Origin: Trichoplax adhaerens
Lineage: Eukaryota; Animalia; Placozoa
Length of the DNA: 64,000 bases
Reading direction: 5' to 3'
Assembly (NCBI RefSeq): GCF_000150275.1
Contig: NW_002060985.1
Location: 4,914-68,913 of the forward strand
Shown piece by piece: positions 23,703-37,800 of the stretch. The notes beneath the pieces are model-generated. The model saw only the letters and a list, made by a program, of their open reading frames with translations. It searched no databases and was not told where the DNA came from. Made by a program: the position numbers and the translations under genes. Position 1 is the first letter of the stretch. Every line of letters begins with the position of its first letter.

Positions 23703-26700
23703 AATGATTTCACTTTAAAATTTGTACAGGTTTGATGAGCAATTACGCTCATCCAAATCTTTCTTGTCTCTGTTGAAACTGTTATTGACGTCTTTTTGAC
23801 AAAGAAGGAATAAACTTCCAACTTTCTTTTTATTGATATCCATCTTTTTCTACTCTACTGCTGCGGTTTTATAAAATGGATATCAGACTGTTGATTCCCT
23901 TGCCTTTCTAACCTGTACTGATGACTGTTTGCTTACGAGATCGATCGATAATGACTCTTGCTGATGATTGTAGTTCTCTGCATATCATATAAATTGCTCC
24001 AAAGCTGTGCAAAAATGCAAAAACAATCGCAATTTGTGCGCTCCATTTCAAATGCAAATAGTTGTAGCCTATTCGCAATGAAACTTTAAAACTAAAGTGA
24101 AGACCTTGATTAAGTGATGCAATTCGTGAACACTAGTATCAAAAAACTTGTAGTCTGATCAACCGTATAGCCGCTAGAACAGTCTAGTCATCGCTTGTTG
24201 ATGTCGATAGAAGGATAACATTGCTTTTAGTGATCAATTTAGAAATGTTGAATTAAAAAAAGTAAATAAGTAATAGCATGCCAGCAGTTATCTTCCCTGA
24301 TAATGAGAATTATTATTAGCTCTTCACCTTTCATGCAATACTGATAGTTATAACCAGAAAATTTTCCAGTGCATTGAATTAATCATTCCGCAGGTATTTC
24401 AGCAAGCCATCGCAGAAGAACATGATACGATGATCTCTCATTCTGAGTAATTGTATATCAAAGTGATCCAATCCCTACGTTCAACAAACAAAAAGTTGCT
24501 AATTTAATCGAATTGACGGCAATTGAACCCGATATTCTACATAGCCATCACTTAAGCGAATTATACCGGAAGAAGATTTAATTGTTAGCCATTTCTCTTC
24601 CTTCATGCTTTGTTACTGTAACAAGATCAAGAATCTGAGATTTTGAGCATTCCTTCCCTTTAGTCTACTTTATTTGGAAGCCAAGCGCGATATCAGACAC
24701 ACGTTAACGAGACATAAGAACTGCGACAACAAATCAGCTCTAGTGCCAACATCACTTTAATAGCATATCCTAATGCACGTCAACATTTGTTGCATGTGAT
24801 CTTAATCTAGTACAGTAAATAAGGTGTGGAGAAGCCGTAAATAATATTGCACGATATCTAGGATTCCCCACGTTGTATGGCGCTTACACTTTAAGGTAAC
24901 TAGCAGTAGTTTACAGGAAAAGCGATGTCACGACAGTTACTAAGTCCAATTCATTTACAATCCCAGTAGACTTTCAAACGCCATTTCATTCAATGAGGCG
25001 ATTGCTCTTAGGTTATTTTTACAGTAATCGATACCATACCTTATAAAATAGTACAGTATAGAAGAAAAGATGGCGACATAGCGGGGGTAACTTAAAGATA
25101 TGATCACTGCCAAAGTATTTTCTATGGTAAAGTAAGAATAGTTACATACTAAAAACTAGAAAGGACTCTGCTTTATTTCCTTTACTATGAATCAACGGGA
25201 CATCTCATATTTCTTTTCTCTCTAATCCAATGGCCACCCAATCCTTGCCAAGTTGAATTCTAGTATGGCCGCCATCGACCGTCTATGTATTCTGTAAACA
25301 CACATAAAATGACAAGGTAGGAAATTGAATAGGGAAGGCATTCCTACGCCAATGAACTGAATACCATCTCTGTTTGAACCACACAATGCATGGGAGTAAT
25401 TTGTAACAGCAGGTATCTGTTTTAACACAATATAAGAAAATTTTTTCTGCCAATATAATGTATGGTAATTGTTTGACTACTGTTTATCCTATTTTATCGC
25501 ATTGAATGTTTTGGCCTACGCATCGTATTTCTATATGCGATCTTCCGAACGTGCCTAAAGGGAATTGGCCCTTGAATATATAAAAAAATTTATCCATTTG
25601 AAAGAAGAAATGCAATTTTCAAGCTATGAATGTCTACCAATCCGTCTCGTAACTTGTTAAGGTCTCTTTCTATATGATTTTATCTACTTCCTTCAATAAA
25701 CTAGTTTTTCTTTTCTCCATGTTATTCATGACTTACTTAGCTTATACTGGCTAGCGTAAATTGTCTTTGACCTAGGGAAAGGCTTGACTTGTTAATTCAT
25801 AAAGACTGGTGTAGGAAGAGGGCATTTACCTTCATCTTTGATGATACTGTTTGGACTATAAAATCCATCAATCATCTGTAGTTAGGCTTCTTTACTGAAA
25901 TTGAATCCATCAACTTTTAAACTTTCAAAGTAACTCGGCAATGACTGCATTGCCGAATTGATAATTAATACAAAGTAAAAATGTTAGTTATGCCACCTTA
26001 GAATATTGTTAGGCAATTCAATTCTAATCTTAATAGAGGCTATTTTTCGAACTCAAGATTTCATGTCATTTTTCGTCAGCATAAGCAATGAATCCGACTA
26101 TCGAATATTAAGCCAGTTAACTAAGAAGGTTGTGTGTGGTAAGAGTTTATTCTCCTTTAGAAATACTTTTATTTCATTTCTTTCCTTTTCAGTTGGTTTA
26201 TTAATTTATTAGTGACATATGCTAACTGTTATTGTGGATTCATTATAGCGTGATGACATAAAATAACCTAAATTACGGATTCTTTGCAATATGACGATGA
26301 CACTTGATGACTTTACTCCATCATAATCCGATAGCAGATTGAGTTTATTGATTTTTATCGAGATGATATAGAGATGATTAATTTTGTTGTGATTCATCAA
26401 TCGTTCTGGATGATCGATCTGTCAGTTAGCGCTAGGTTAGAATAGACAGCAAACAGCAAGCTACAATTTTTTTCCTACTATATGATTGAATTGAATGCCA
26501 GCATAGTTTTGCTTCTATAAGCTAGCTAGTATTGATGGTTAATACGAGAAATCATATAGACATATTCTAGACTTATGTCTATGTATATTTGCATTCTAAG
26601 CAGTTATTAACTGTACCTGGTCTAAAATCAGAATGCAATGTTGTTACCAATCAAAATTTGTAACATGAAAGTTAAACTGACTCGAGGATCTCAAAAAATG

Positions 26701-28401
26701 ACTACCACTTTTGGGTACTTTAATCCACACTTTACTATTGCATCAACATCGCTCTTTTATTCGTTTAAAATTACTTTAACATTTAAAACAGGTTAGAACT
26801 AGTCATTCAGTCAGATGATGCCAACTCATATAAAATGTCGCCATCAAGACCTTATTACTTAAACACTAGTCTATTTCTTCAAATTACTGAATATGTATTA
26901 AGATTTCCCAAAGAAATTCAAGATCATGGATCACAATGAACTTATAAATTGTATTACAGGAAAACTGATATTTTATCTAGGCAAACATTTACTATCATTT
27001 AAATGTTCCTGACTGGCGATCCCGTGTATTCCCATAACTATGATCTCCAAAGAAGTTCAAGATTAGTTCTAAATGATCCCAAGCTTCATTATTTAATTGT
27101 AGGTTACAATAGGACATGATTTTCACTATGGGTGGGTTAAATTAATTTAATTCCAGACCACCTGCAAATAGCAAGCAAGCAAAGTAAATCTAAATTAGTC
27201 ATGTAAGAAAAATGAATTACCACTGAAAACTAAACTGCAAGTCTGCAGTCAGGCTTGTCCTCCTTAACACTCACCGATAATACGTTTCTCCATTCTGACC
27301 ATCTCCTGTTCTTACTGACTATTAAGAATTCCTATTTTACGCTTATTTCCCAATTTTTTGTTGTTGTGGTTAACCCTGTAATTATAAGCCCGTTAAAATC
27401 TCTCTATAAAATAGACAGTGATGTTTCTTTCTGAGGACAGTCATAAGTTGAACTATCGCTCGATAATTGTCTGCATAGTGATGAATGGCTATGAATTAAT
27501 CTTGCAGGAGTTAAGGTCGACAAAACAACGAATTTGATAAGTTAATCGTGATACATATCTATAGTTAGCGATACAGTTCTAGCCAAAGTAGATCCTGATA
27601 ATCCATCCCAAATTGGAATATAAAATAAAATCTCCTTGATTGGACTAAATGAATATGAGTGTTGATTTCAATCTATTTTCATGCAGTCGAATGCTGTTGG
27701 GACAAGCATTATCGTCAATAATAATTGCATCAAAAATTTAGAATCAATCATTGAAATAGTAGATAACTGTCACAAACCAGCTTCGTGATAAATATAACGT
27801 ACAACAAATCTCTAAATGACTATAATCTCCGGGATTCAGTATCCCTTAACTACCTGACAAGAATTTAAACGCCTTTGCTTCTACGTTAAAATAACTCTAA
27901 AACTCTTCGTTTGTTCAACTATCTGCCGAGCTTAAATACCTTTCGGCAGCAGCTATCATATATGAGTCAAAGCAGATCATGAAATTGAGCTCATATCGGA
28001 TAGCTGAATTAATGCAGACATATTCATAATTTTGGACTTTTACTGAACGATTCTAGATAATTAGACTACAGTATGTCCACCACACACAATTATTTATAGT
28101 ATCATCTATAATTGAATATCTTCAGGATATTCATCACAAGCGTTACTAGACACAACACTATAATCAATTAATATTAATTACTTTACGAGAACTCTTACTA
28201 CAATACAGCATAATTTACTGCAACAAAATCATAACTACCGTAGTTCTTACTGAAGCCATTATTAGTTATCTCCATGGATAAATGTTTAACACTAAATTCA
28301 GTCATTTACTCTTCACGGTGGTTCATACCGTGACAATAACATTCTTGGCTAATATTCCTGATCGTTTCACTCATTTGAATCCAAATATTTACATCTAGGA
28401 T

Positions 28402-30840
28402 ATGGCTTCTTTTCGCCAGGGTCAATTGCTGATGGCAGGTGTTTGTATTTTGGCGCTTATCTATTTCTTTTGCTATTCAAATATACGAACATCGATAGGT
28501 CCTTTTAAATTGATCGGCTTTTCAGCTACTACTTCTACCCTCTTTGATACGGATGCGGCCAAAAGTGATCGATCAGCGCCTGTTTTAAAGTCTCATTTAC
28601 CAATAGTGAGCAAAAATAAAACAAGTAAGAACAAGGAGCAGCACAAATTGCCTGATGATAAAATGAAATCAAACTTTCCTACAAAAGAGATGATACCTAC
28701 AAGGCAAACTGTGCCAGGGAAAGGTGGCAAGAAAAGGAAGCCGAATGTTCGTCCAATCATTTTCCAGTTGCCTAAAAAAATACCAGAAGCAAAATCTAGT
28801 TCACGCAAGATTGCCGTCAGCTCCAAATCCGATGGAGTTCAAAATGCCCACAAGCATATTACTGAAAAGATAGATCCAATTATTTCTCCTACTAAAGTGA
28901 TAGATATAACTCAACCTAGTCGACGTAAAAAAATTACGACCAATTCTTCATCTAAAGTACTTCAAAATACCACTAAAAGAACTCCTAAGAAATTAAGCCC
29001 AGTCACTCTCTCAGTATCTAAAGTAACAGATAAAACCCAATTGGGCTCAAATATGCCTACAGCAACTACCAAACCTCCCTTGAAAATGGTTCAGAGGAAT
29101 AAAAACACGACAAAGGGCATGATCAAGTACGATAAACAAGTGGTTAAGGAAAAAATTCAAGAAAATCGCAGCCCAGAATCAAACCGATCTACAGCCATTC
29201 TCAAATCAACATCGACAACTGTTACAGCCCGTAGAAAGCCAATTCCGAAATCAGTTGGCCCAACCGTCTATAACGTGTCTGCAAACAATTCGATATCCCA
29301 ATCTAATCCAATCAAAACGACAGGCAAGAATCAAGTTTTGCAACATAATAAAACTATCCAAATAGCAAGCAAAAAGAACGACCATCAATTACCTCCAAAG
29401 CCACCAACAGGCCTACCACTACTGCATAAGAAGCCCACAAAAAATCTTATAGACAAAAAGAAGATACAAGCATCGAGACAAGAACAACTTCGTCCAGTGC
29501 ATCAACCATCAGAAAAGGAAAATGGTAAAACAAAATCTTTCTCCAAGTCCGATAATCATTTAATAAAGCAATCCACCGATATGCAATCTTCCATATCAAA
29601 CTCTAGCCAGAGTAAAAGTCAAAATTCACCAAAATCAGTAAAGAAAAGTTCATCGAATTCAGTTATAGTGACGAATAAAAAAGCTACAAAAGGATCAAGT
29701 AGGAAAGCGAGCAAGGCTCCTATAACTAAAGCCAAACCCAAGGGCAAGAAAATTACCAAAGTTCATGATACTCACAGACCTCCAGTCCATCAACATCAAG
29801 AAAAGATTCCAACTGCAAAAGAACTTAATGGCTCTTCGGTTATTTTATTTTGGACCCAATATTATTTATCCTCTTGGAAGATGGAAAATGATTTTACAAC
29901 TTTATTACCGATGGGTTGGCAATATTTTAAGCAATTTTGCCCTCAGTATCGTTGCTATTTAACTACTAATAAAAATTTATACAACAAATCCGATGCCGTC
30001 GTCTTTCATGACCGTGATTTAGCCATAAATTTAATAACGATGCCCAATGCCAGTGATCGTCGTCCACAACAACTTTGGGTTTATTATAATATTGAATCGC
30101 CGCAGTTTACTACCTACTTTTATAAACATCCAAAACAGATCCAACAAATCAATTTCAACTGGTCCATGACTTATAGGAAGAACAGTGATATCGATGCTCG
30201 CTATGGATACGTTATTCCTCGCATTAAATCAACATTATCATGGATTCATCTATGGTCAATTGATTATCATGGCCGTAAAAAGCATTTAGTAGCATGGATG
30301 GTTAGCAATTGCTTAAGCGAACGTTTAAAATATGTCAAGGCATTAGCAAAACATATCCCAGTGAATATTTATGGTCGGTGCGGTCATCATCGATGTCAGC
30401 ATCCACGCAATGATGATTGCTGGAAATATGAAATGATACAATATAAATTCTATTTAGCATTTGAAAATTCCATATGTACGGATTATATTACTGAAAAATT
30501 TTGGTATCCATTGCGCTATGGGATTATTCCAGTTGTCTTAGGTGGCGGAAATTATAAAGAAATTGCTCCACCTCATTCCTATATTGATGCTAGACAATTT
30601 CCATCGCTAAAAGCTTTAGCAAACTATATGCACAAAGTAGCGCATAATAAATCATTGTATAACTCTTATTTGCGATGGCGAGATGATTGGGAAGTGGTTA
30701 TTCCTCGCCATTGGTGTAATTTATGTGCTGCTTTACATCGGCGTAATTCATCATTACATTATACTTATCCATCGCAAAATGATGATTTCGGAGCTAAAGG
30801 CAAATCCTCTCATTGCAAATCTTATAAAATCCCAAAATAA
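28402..30840 (+). CDS. GT10 alpha-1,3/4-fucosyltransferase paralogue, 812 aa, single coding exon
   Basis: TM LLMAGVCILALIYFFCY, then a K/S/T/P-rich stem. Motifs VILFWT, WVYYNIESP, FNWSMTYRKNSDI..YG, AWMVSNC, YKFYLAFENSICTDYITEKFW, IPVVLGG and WCNLC. Confidence 0.95.
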   Translation: MASFRQGQLLMAGVCILALIYFFCYSNIRTSIGPFKLIGFSATTSTLFDTDAAKSDRSAPVLKSHLPIVSKNKTSKNKEQHKLPDDKMKSNFPTKEMIPTRQTVPGKGGKKRKPNVRPIIFQLPKKIPEAKSSSRKIAVSSKSDGVQNAHKHITEKIDPIISPTKVIDITQPSRRKKITTNSSSKVLQNTTKRTPKKLSPVTLSVSKVTDKTQLGSNMPTATTKPPLKMVQRNKNTTKGMIKYDKQVVKEKIQENRSPESNRSTAILKSTSTTVTARRKPIPKSVGPTVYNVSANNSISQSNPIKTTGKNQVLQHNKTIQIASKKNDHQLPPKPPTGLPLLHKKPTKNLIDKKKIQASRQEQLRPVHQPSEKENGKTKSFSKSDNHLIKQSTDMQSSISNSSQSKSQNSPKSVKKSSSNSVIVTNKKATKGSSRKASKAPITKAKPKGKKITKVHDTHRPPVHQHQEKIPTAKELNGSSVILFWTQYYLSSWKMENDFTTLLPMGWQYFKQFCPQYRCYLTTNKNLYNKSDAVVFHDRDLAINLITMPNASDRRPQQLWVYYNIESPQFTTYFYKHPKQIQQINFNWSMTYRKNSDIDARYGYVIPRIKSTLSWIHLWSIDYHGRKKHLVAWMVSNCLSERLKYVKALAKHIPVNIYGRCGHHRCQHPRNDDCWKYEMIQYKFYLAFENSICTDYITEKFWYPLRYGIIPVVLGGGNYKEIAPPHSYIDARQFPSLKALANYMHKVAHNKSLYNSYLRWRDDWEVVIPRHWCNLCAALHRRNSSLHYTYPSQNDDFGAKGKSSHCKSYKIPK

Positions 30841-30919
30841 CGATAACATTGAATAGCTGATAATGGACGATCGCTTGAGATCAATTTTACGATGTAGGAC
30901 TCATATTATACGTTAACAG

Positions 30920-31165
30920 GTTAACAGCGTATCCTGCTGATAAAAATTCAACTTCAAGATTTGAAGAAAAATGATATCCGATAGCTGGCAATAAACCATG
31001 GTATCAAGGTCTATTTTACAGTTTAACAACATATCCTGCTGATAAAAATACAGTTTCGAGATTTTTATCCGCCTAAAATTCCAAAATAAGGATGAAATCA
31101 AATTCAGCAGATATACAAGTACTGTATATCCTACTAATAAGAATTCAATTTCAAGATTTCATAGT
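30920..31165. repeat. Roughly 100-bp tandem triplication
   Basis: ATCCT(G/A)CT(G/A)ATAA.AAT.CA..TTC.AGATTT near 30931, 31033 and 31128. Confidence 0.7.
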
Positions 31166-31187
31166 TGGCTAGAGTTTTATTGATGAT

Positions 31188-32127
31188 TGTTATAATTGGG
31201 TTTGCTCATCGCCTGACTAGGAATTTTTGGTACTCCGATTATTAGTTAAGCAGTTAATGACAAAATGTTAAATAAACAACGTGCGATGGCGTTTAAGAAT
31301 TTTAGATTAATTTGATTTTACTGAAGGTGTTCAGACGTTATTCGACTTCACATAATATTGATTTGGAACATATGCGTAACAATCCAATCGCAGCCTGATG
31401 GCTGACTTACTAAACTGATTCAAGGCTGACTTGTAACGTCAGCGGTTACAGAATATATGCGTTATATCTTCAAGGATGGCGTTGCAGTTACCTGCCATTT
31501 TTTTATGCAAAACTACTGATATCCTTTGGCGAATATTAACGTGAATTGTGTAGCGCAGTTATCTTTTAAATATGTGCTTAGTGAAACGGTACACGAAGAA
31601 AATATAAAATGTAGCAAAATAATGCCCATGTACTAAATCAGCAATACTAAATCTCGAAACTTGCGTTATGATTAGAGCTGCCAGGTTACAGTCTTTAGTA
31701 ATATGAACAACGTATCTGCGTATAATACAGCTGCAAATACCAAATGAAAAGTAAAATTGGTAGTGAAATTGCTAGCCAACTGATTGTCAGGATTCAAGGG
31801 CAGTGAAAATAATTACGAGTAGGCTGTCTAAACTACGGTAATACGTAAGCAACTAATAACCGAGTTCGGATTCTCCACCAAAGTGTTATGATTGGGTATG
31901 CTCATTACCTGACTAGGAATTTTAGGTACTCTGATTGGTAGTTAATCTATTAATGTCAAAATGTTAAACAACGTGCGATGACGTTTAAGAATTTAGATTA
32001 ATTTGATTTTACTTAAGGTGTTCAGACATTATTCGACTTCACTCAATATTGATTAGGAACATATGAGTAACGATCCAATTGCAGCCTGATGACTGACTAA
32101 CTAAACCGATTCAAGACTACTTCAACA
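31188..32127 (-). mobile_element. Small non-autonomous LTR element (TRIM-like): two roughly 245-bp LTRs (31188-31438 and 31884-32127) around a 445-bp non-coding interior
   Basis: Diverged direct repeats. The right copy has TGTT...AACA termini. On the - strand it is followed after 3 nt by TGGTGGAGAAT (31880-31870), a tRNA-Ala-type primer-binding site. The flanks ATGAT/CTGAC may be a decayed 5-bp TSD. No clear PPT. Confidence 0.7.
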
Positions 32128-34115
32128 CTGACTGGTAGATTGTACATTATATCTAATGCTCCGGTGTACACTATAATATTATAACAAATCACAACAATGA
32201 TACAAATCAAGTTGCCAATTTAATACCATTAAGGTTAATGCATTAACTCTATTTAATAATTGCAATACTGTATAAATAATATACGGATAGTATGAAACGA
32301 TCGGAAATTAAAATTGAATCTAGCTAATCTTGCACGCTTTAAATGCCTAAAATTATAATTGATGTTAAAAAGAGGATGACTGTGAATGCAATATTTCAAA
32401 TTCGGTATTTGATCTATCTTCTTGTTTTGCATAGAAATGTTTTGACTGATTATTCCGATTTACTACTTGAAAGATTTGACTGGGAATATATTATTTTTCA
32501 AATTCGCTTATTTGATCTACCCTTAGATCCTTCATATCGATACTATAACCTCTTACTTCGATTTAGTACGGGTACTTAAAAAGCTTCTGACAGTAAATCT
32601 GTCAAATTCTCTTTTCTGATCTACCCTTATGTCTTGCATATCTATGCTATTGCTAGGTCAAATTTACTGAGCTAATAATTTTATAGAAGTATAAACTACT
32701 ATATACTGTAGGTCATCAAATCATTGCTAATTTTCAATAAAATTGGGTTATTTGTATAAATATCACTTAATTCTAAGCTAGTAAAAGAGGTAGTTACTGT
32801 CATGATGGCCATCAATAATTAATCTGTTTAAATGATACAACACTCAAACTAGACTTTAATAGCAGTAAATACCATTATCATGAACAGTAGTTAATCATTC
32901 CATTGGCTATCATAGCGCAGCTCTAGTTAAGGAGGAAATCTTCCACTCGATGATTTAGCTGCAGTAAATTGCTGAAATAGATCGAAGCCAAATCCTTGAT
33001 TCACATTTCAGTAGATGATCATCACTCGAGCTCAATATTGCAAGTTTAAAGTTACTAATTGCAGTTGTGGAAGATCTGCAGTGTGCATTAAGATTGTACT
33101 CCTGCTATTCATTTCCCGGACAATTTATTCCTCAAGTTTCTGTCTAAGTTACAATCACTAAAGCCAATTTTAGAAGGGTTGAGATTGAGTTTGCAAACTT
33201 GGACTATTTGCAATCGATCCTAGAACAGCTTCTAATTGCAAATACGATGTTAGGTTATAATTTGATAAATCTAAGGAATTGCATGTCCAAGTCGTTAAAT
33301 TACGAGTATTAAGATTTTTGACGGTTACATGGAATCAAGATATTTGCTTCGTGATACAAAAATTATCGGTTATAATCGTATAATTATAATTTGAAAGAGT
33401 TCAGATTAAAGCTAAAGTAATCGTCAGTATTTAGTATACTAAAATGGATTACATATGTACGAAAAACGAGTGATTGTTGCCCACTGCTGTAATATTGCCT
33501 GATAATTACATTAATTCTAGTAGAAGCTATATTCGCTATACTTTGCGTGCTCTATATACAGTCTGTATCTACTGTAATTATACTTTACTATTGCTGTAAA
33601 AGTAACTATCAACAAGTTATTTAGCTCATAATAATACCGTCAGGTTAATACGCTGAACAGGTATGACAGCATAAACCTATAAGAAGATTTTAATTTCACG
33701 CAAAAAAACCCGCGTAGAAATATGAATTGGAAGCCATTTATTTAGAATATTGTTATGCAGTTAATCACTATCTTACACCAAGTAGCAGTTTGTCAACTAA
33801 GCCTGGATAAATAAATTAGTTCAATCCACATAGCTTTCAACTGCTCCGTTGCTAGATAACAAACATAAAAATACAAAAAAAAGACTTGACAGTCGACAGA
33901 TAGCTTCCCGTAGCGAAGGCTACTGCCAATGCACAGCCACATACTATTTTAATTCCAAATCTAGCAACTGTGACCGCAATTGAATAACAGACGATAGTTA
34001 CTGTTATCGATGTTATACAAAGTTTGATAATAATAAACTCCGCTGTAGTATTACACATCAATCAATGATATATGTGCGCAATTTTATGTTAATAACAATA
34101 CAATAATAATAATTG

Positions 34116-34118
<3 letters not shown>

Positions 34119-34147
<29 letters not shown>
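34119..34147. repeat. (AAT)n microsatellite
   Basis: Direct run of AAT triplets. Confidence 0.9.
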
Positions 34148-34882
34148 GGATATTGAAAGGATGCCGCATAGTCACTTTATCATAATCTATAAATTTCAAT
34201 TTTGACGATAAATATATACAATAATTAGGATATCTCACATAATACAGTATTTATTATTATTATTATTTTTGCCTAGCAATTCTATGCTTGGTAATAGATT
34301 GAACTATATCTTAACATATTCACTGTTTTTTAATTTGGTGATTACATAGAGCTTCCATTGTACTGAATTATAGCAAGCTTTATCTCGTTTGCCTTTATCA
34401 GCAGCTTCTACAGTAATAGGGCTGATGTATATATGTATCTGTAAGGCTTAAACGAATCTATTTCATCATATCCAATGATTAACAATCGGATACAATATTA
34501 CTACATCTAAAAACAAAATATCACTTTTTTCATGTCATGTTACGCCATCCAGACATAGCAAAGCTCCAAATTTTATATTTATGTTGTATCCTTTACCTAA
34601 GTTCGTTTGTTGCGGTAGAAATTTATTTTAAATGGTTCTATAAACATCACCATAAGTTATTTACCAACAGTCCCATGATTTGACGATTTACTATAACAAT
34701 TTCACCCCACTATGGTTGGCATTACCGACGTTATCGATGTGCAAATAATTCATTAAAACAAGATTAACGTAACATTAACTCATCCTATCTTACACACATT
34801 CGACATCTTGTTATCATCAATCTTATCGTACATCCAATAAAAATTTCCAAAGTAGCAAATAAAACTTTACACCAATAGATAT

Positions 34883-37800
34883 TTAGTTAACGCCAATAAA
34901 ATCGTTATTCCCAATGTTTCCTTGCATATCCCTTCTTTCGCGAGAATTTTCTTTTGAATACCGAGGTCGAAAATGCGATTCATTAGCTCTGCTATTTCCA
35001 TCAAGAATACGATTTCGTGAACCAGATTTATGATTGTTTATCCTTCCACTTACTGGCTTATCATTCATTTGTGTGTAGTGCACGTTCCCAGGTAAAGGTT
35101 GAGCAGGAATCATACTTGTATGAACGTAATTATTAGGTGATGGTGCCGGCTGCAAAGGTGTGTAACTAATTCCATCCTGATGAAAGGACTGTTGATTTTT
35201 CATATAAGGTTCATAGGTCATCATAGAGTTTACCATACCTAATCAACAACATACCATAGAATAATCTCCGTGTTAGATACTCAAGGTGACTTATCGATTG
35301 TTACTTATAGTACAGTACATAATGCAGGACATTCTTATATATACGCACGTCTATGCTACAAGATTAGTTGTAAGCATTACAATAAAGAGAGCCTTACCTT
35401 GATTTTGTGCTACAGTCATATTTCCTCCCGATAAGCTTTGATTAACCATTGGTATAGTTGCTGATGAATTACTCATAACGCCATAATTGGCAGTCGGTAC
35501 TTGCGGTACAATCGCTGATTGTTGAACATAATTCATATTGGTAATTGCTTGGTAATTTGCGCCTTGCTGTTGATTTGTAGCTGGCATCACATTTTGATAC
35601 ATCATCCTCTCTTGTTGCATCGATGAAAAATTTTGTTGAGGATGTTGTTGTTGTAGTATAACTTGTTGCCTTTTTGGCTCCTGCATATACACTACCGTCG
35701 GACCGACAGGTTGACCTTGTGCTACATACATCGGTGAATTTTGAGATGGTGAAGAAATATATTGCTGCTGTGAAATATTTTGTTGGTTGCTTCCGTTATT
35801 AAGCATTAAATTAACATAATTATCTTGTTGTGGATTTGGAACATTCATAACATGTACTGGATAGTTAGGTGATGCTTGAGGTGATTGTAGAAATTGTGCA
35901 TTATTCTGATTGACAAGTCTTGGTGATTGGGGTGCAGGCAAGGAGGGTGATGGAGGCTTCGGAACGGAGTAGTTATTATTGATAAACAACTGTTGTTGAA
36001 AACTATTACTTAGATTGCCAATACTGGCGGCCATTTGTGATTGCCTTGAATAATGTTGATAGGCTAAATTATCGTTGAGACCAGGCTGTACCAATTGTGG
36101 CGTTAAATTACCCGATGGCTGCGCTGTATTTACTTGAACTGCATGCGATAAAATGTTTCCACCAGCACTTGGATAAGGGCCATTCCATACAATCTAGTAA
36201 GGATAAATTCAATTTTCAAACGATTGATAAAAAATTTTTGAACAGTAGACAGTCCGTAGTGGAATTCTTAATGAAACAATATATTTAATAATAATATCCT
36301 ATTCATAATAATTATTACTGCATTACTTGCTGTTGGTTGTTGACATTATTTGGGGGGCGATATACTTGATTTGCATTTCGTATGAGAGCATTTTGATATT
36401 TAGGACCCTTGTTATTAATGTTGGCAGATTTATTACCCGAAATTTTATTTCCTTTAGAACGATTGGCCTAATAGCCAAAAAATAATAATAAAATAAAGTC
36501 CAAAAAATAAGTGTTACACCTTACACTTTTGATTCATGAAAGCAATACTACGTAAGTATCGTTAAAATGAGTGTTGTTTGAACGAATTTTTTCTTTAATT
36601 TCATTAATAAAATTAAAATCGGGAAACCGTGGAATTTTACTCTACAGAGTATTTATTATCATATTTCTTTTCATGTAAATAATAGAGTTATAAAAATTAA
36701 ACTAAAATTAATTCAATATTTACCTTGTTCGTTGAGTAGGCTTTAGTTGCAGTGGTAGTAGTAGTAGTATTTTCCTTGACAGGAGAAGTACTTATATTTG
36801 TGTCACTAATTTTATTGTCTACTTTACTGCTTGTACTGGTATCATCAGGAACATCACAACTAACTTGAATTTCTACACTACCACCACATGTATCAGTATC
36901 AACACCACTATCAATTGATTTGACATTACTTTTACTTGTTGACGAATCGGAATTGTTTCTTCTAGTAAGTTTCAACAATTGATTTTCTTTCTTGCGTTTA
37001 GTATCCATATCGTTAGAATGATTAGTGTCTGTAGTTACAGCTGAATTGAACTTTTCACCGTCGTCACCAGTAGCCAAGGCAATAACTGGAGCTTTCTTAC
37101 ATTCTGAAGTAGCGGAGTTATCAAGCGTTGAATCAGTACTTGTCCAACCGCCGACTTCGCTATCTGAATGCCAACCCTTGGAACTAATTCTCTTACTTTC
37201 ATCGTCTAGTCTATAAATGTTGTTTATTTATAGTAAAATAGATTTTCTCCATTTAAGACTGAATACAATAGGCTCACGAAAAACAATATAACATTGACAA
37301 ATACCTATCAAATGAGGCGTGTGATACATTGAACTAAAATAATAGTCAGCCAGGAAGACAAGATACCGAGAAATGAATAATAAAATTTTAATAACCAATT
37401 GTAACAATCACTTTGACTAATAGGCGGCTATGACGTAAAAAATATTTATTAACCATAAAAGGATAAAAAATGGCTTACATTTTGGTTGAATATCCGAGCA
37501 CGAGCTTTTTCATATTCTTCCTCTCGCTCTTCAATAGATTTGGATCGTTTTTCTGTTAAGTTTTCACCTTGATTCTAAATAAGGATGCAAATTATATGTC
37601 AGGAAATAATGTTCGCCTCCAAAACTGATAAACTTTTCAACGCTATTATTAAAAGGGACACATGATCATGTCGATAATTACTCGAGATGCATTAGGGTTG
37701 ATATTTTTATCTTCGAAGGCAGCAGGCTGGCGTTTCAGGATAGCTTTAGGTGGTAAGGAGGCGGTATTGGCTTCAATATTAGCAATAATATCTTAAAATT

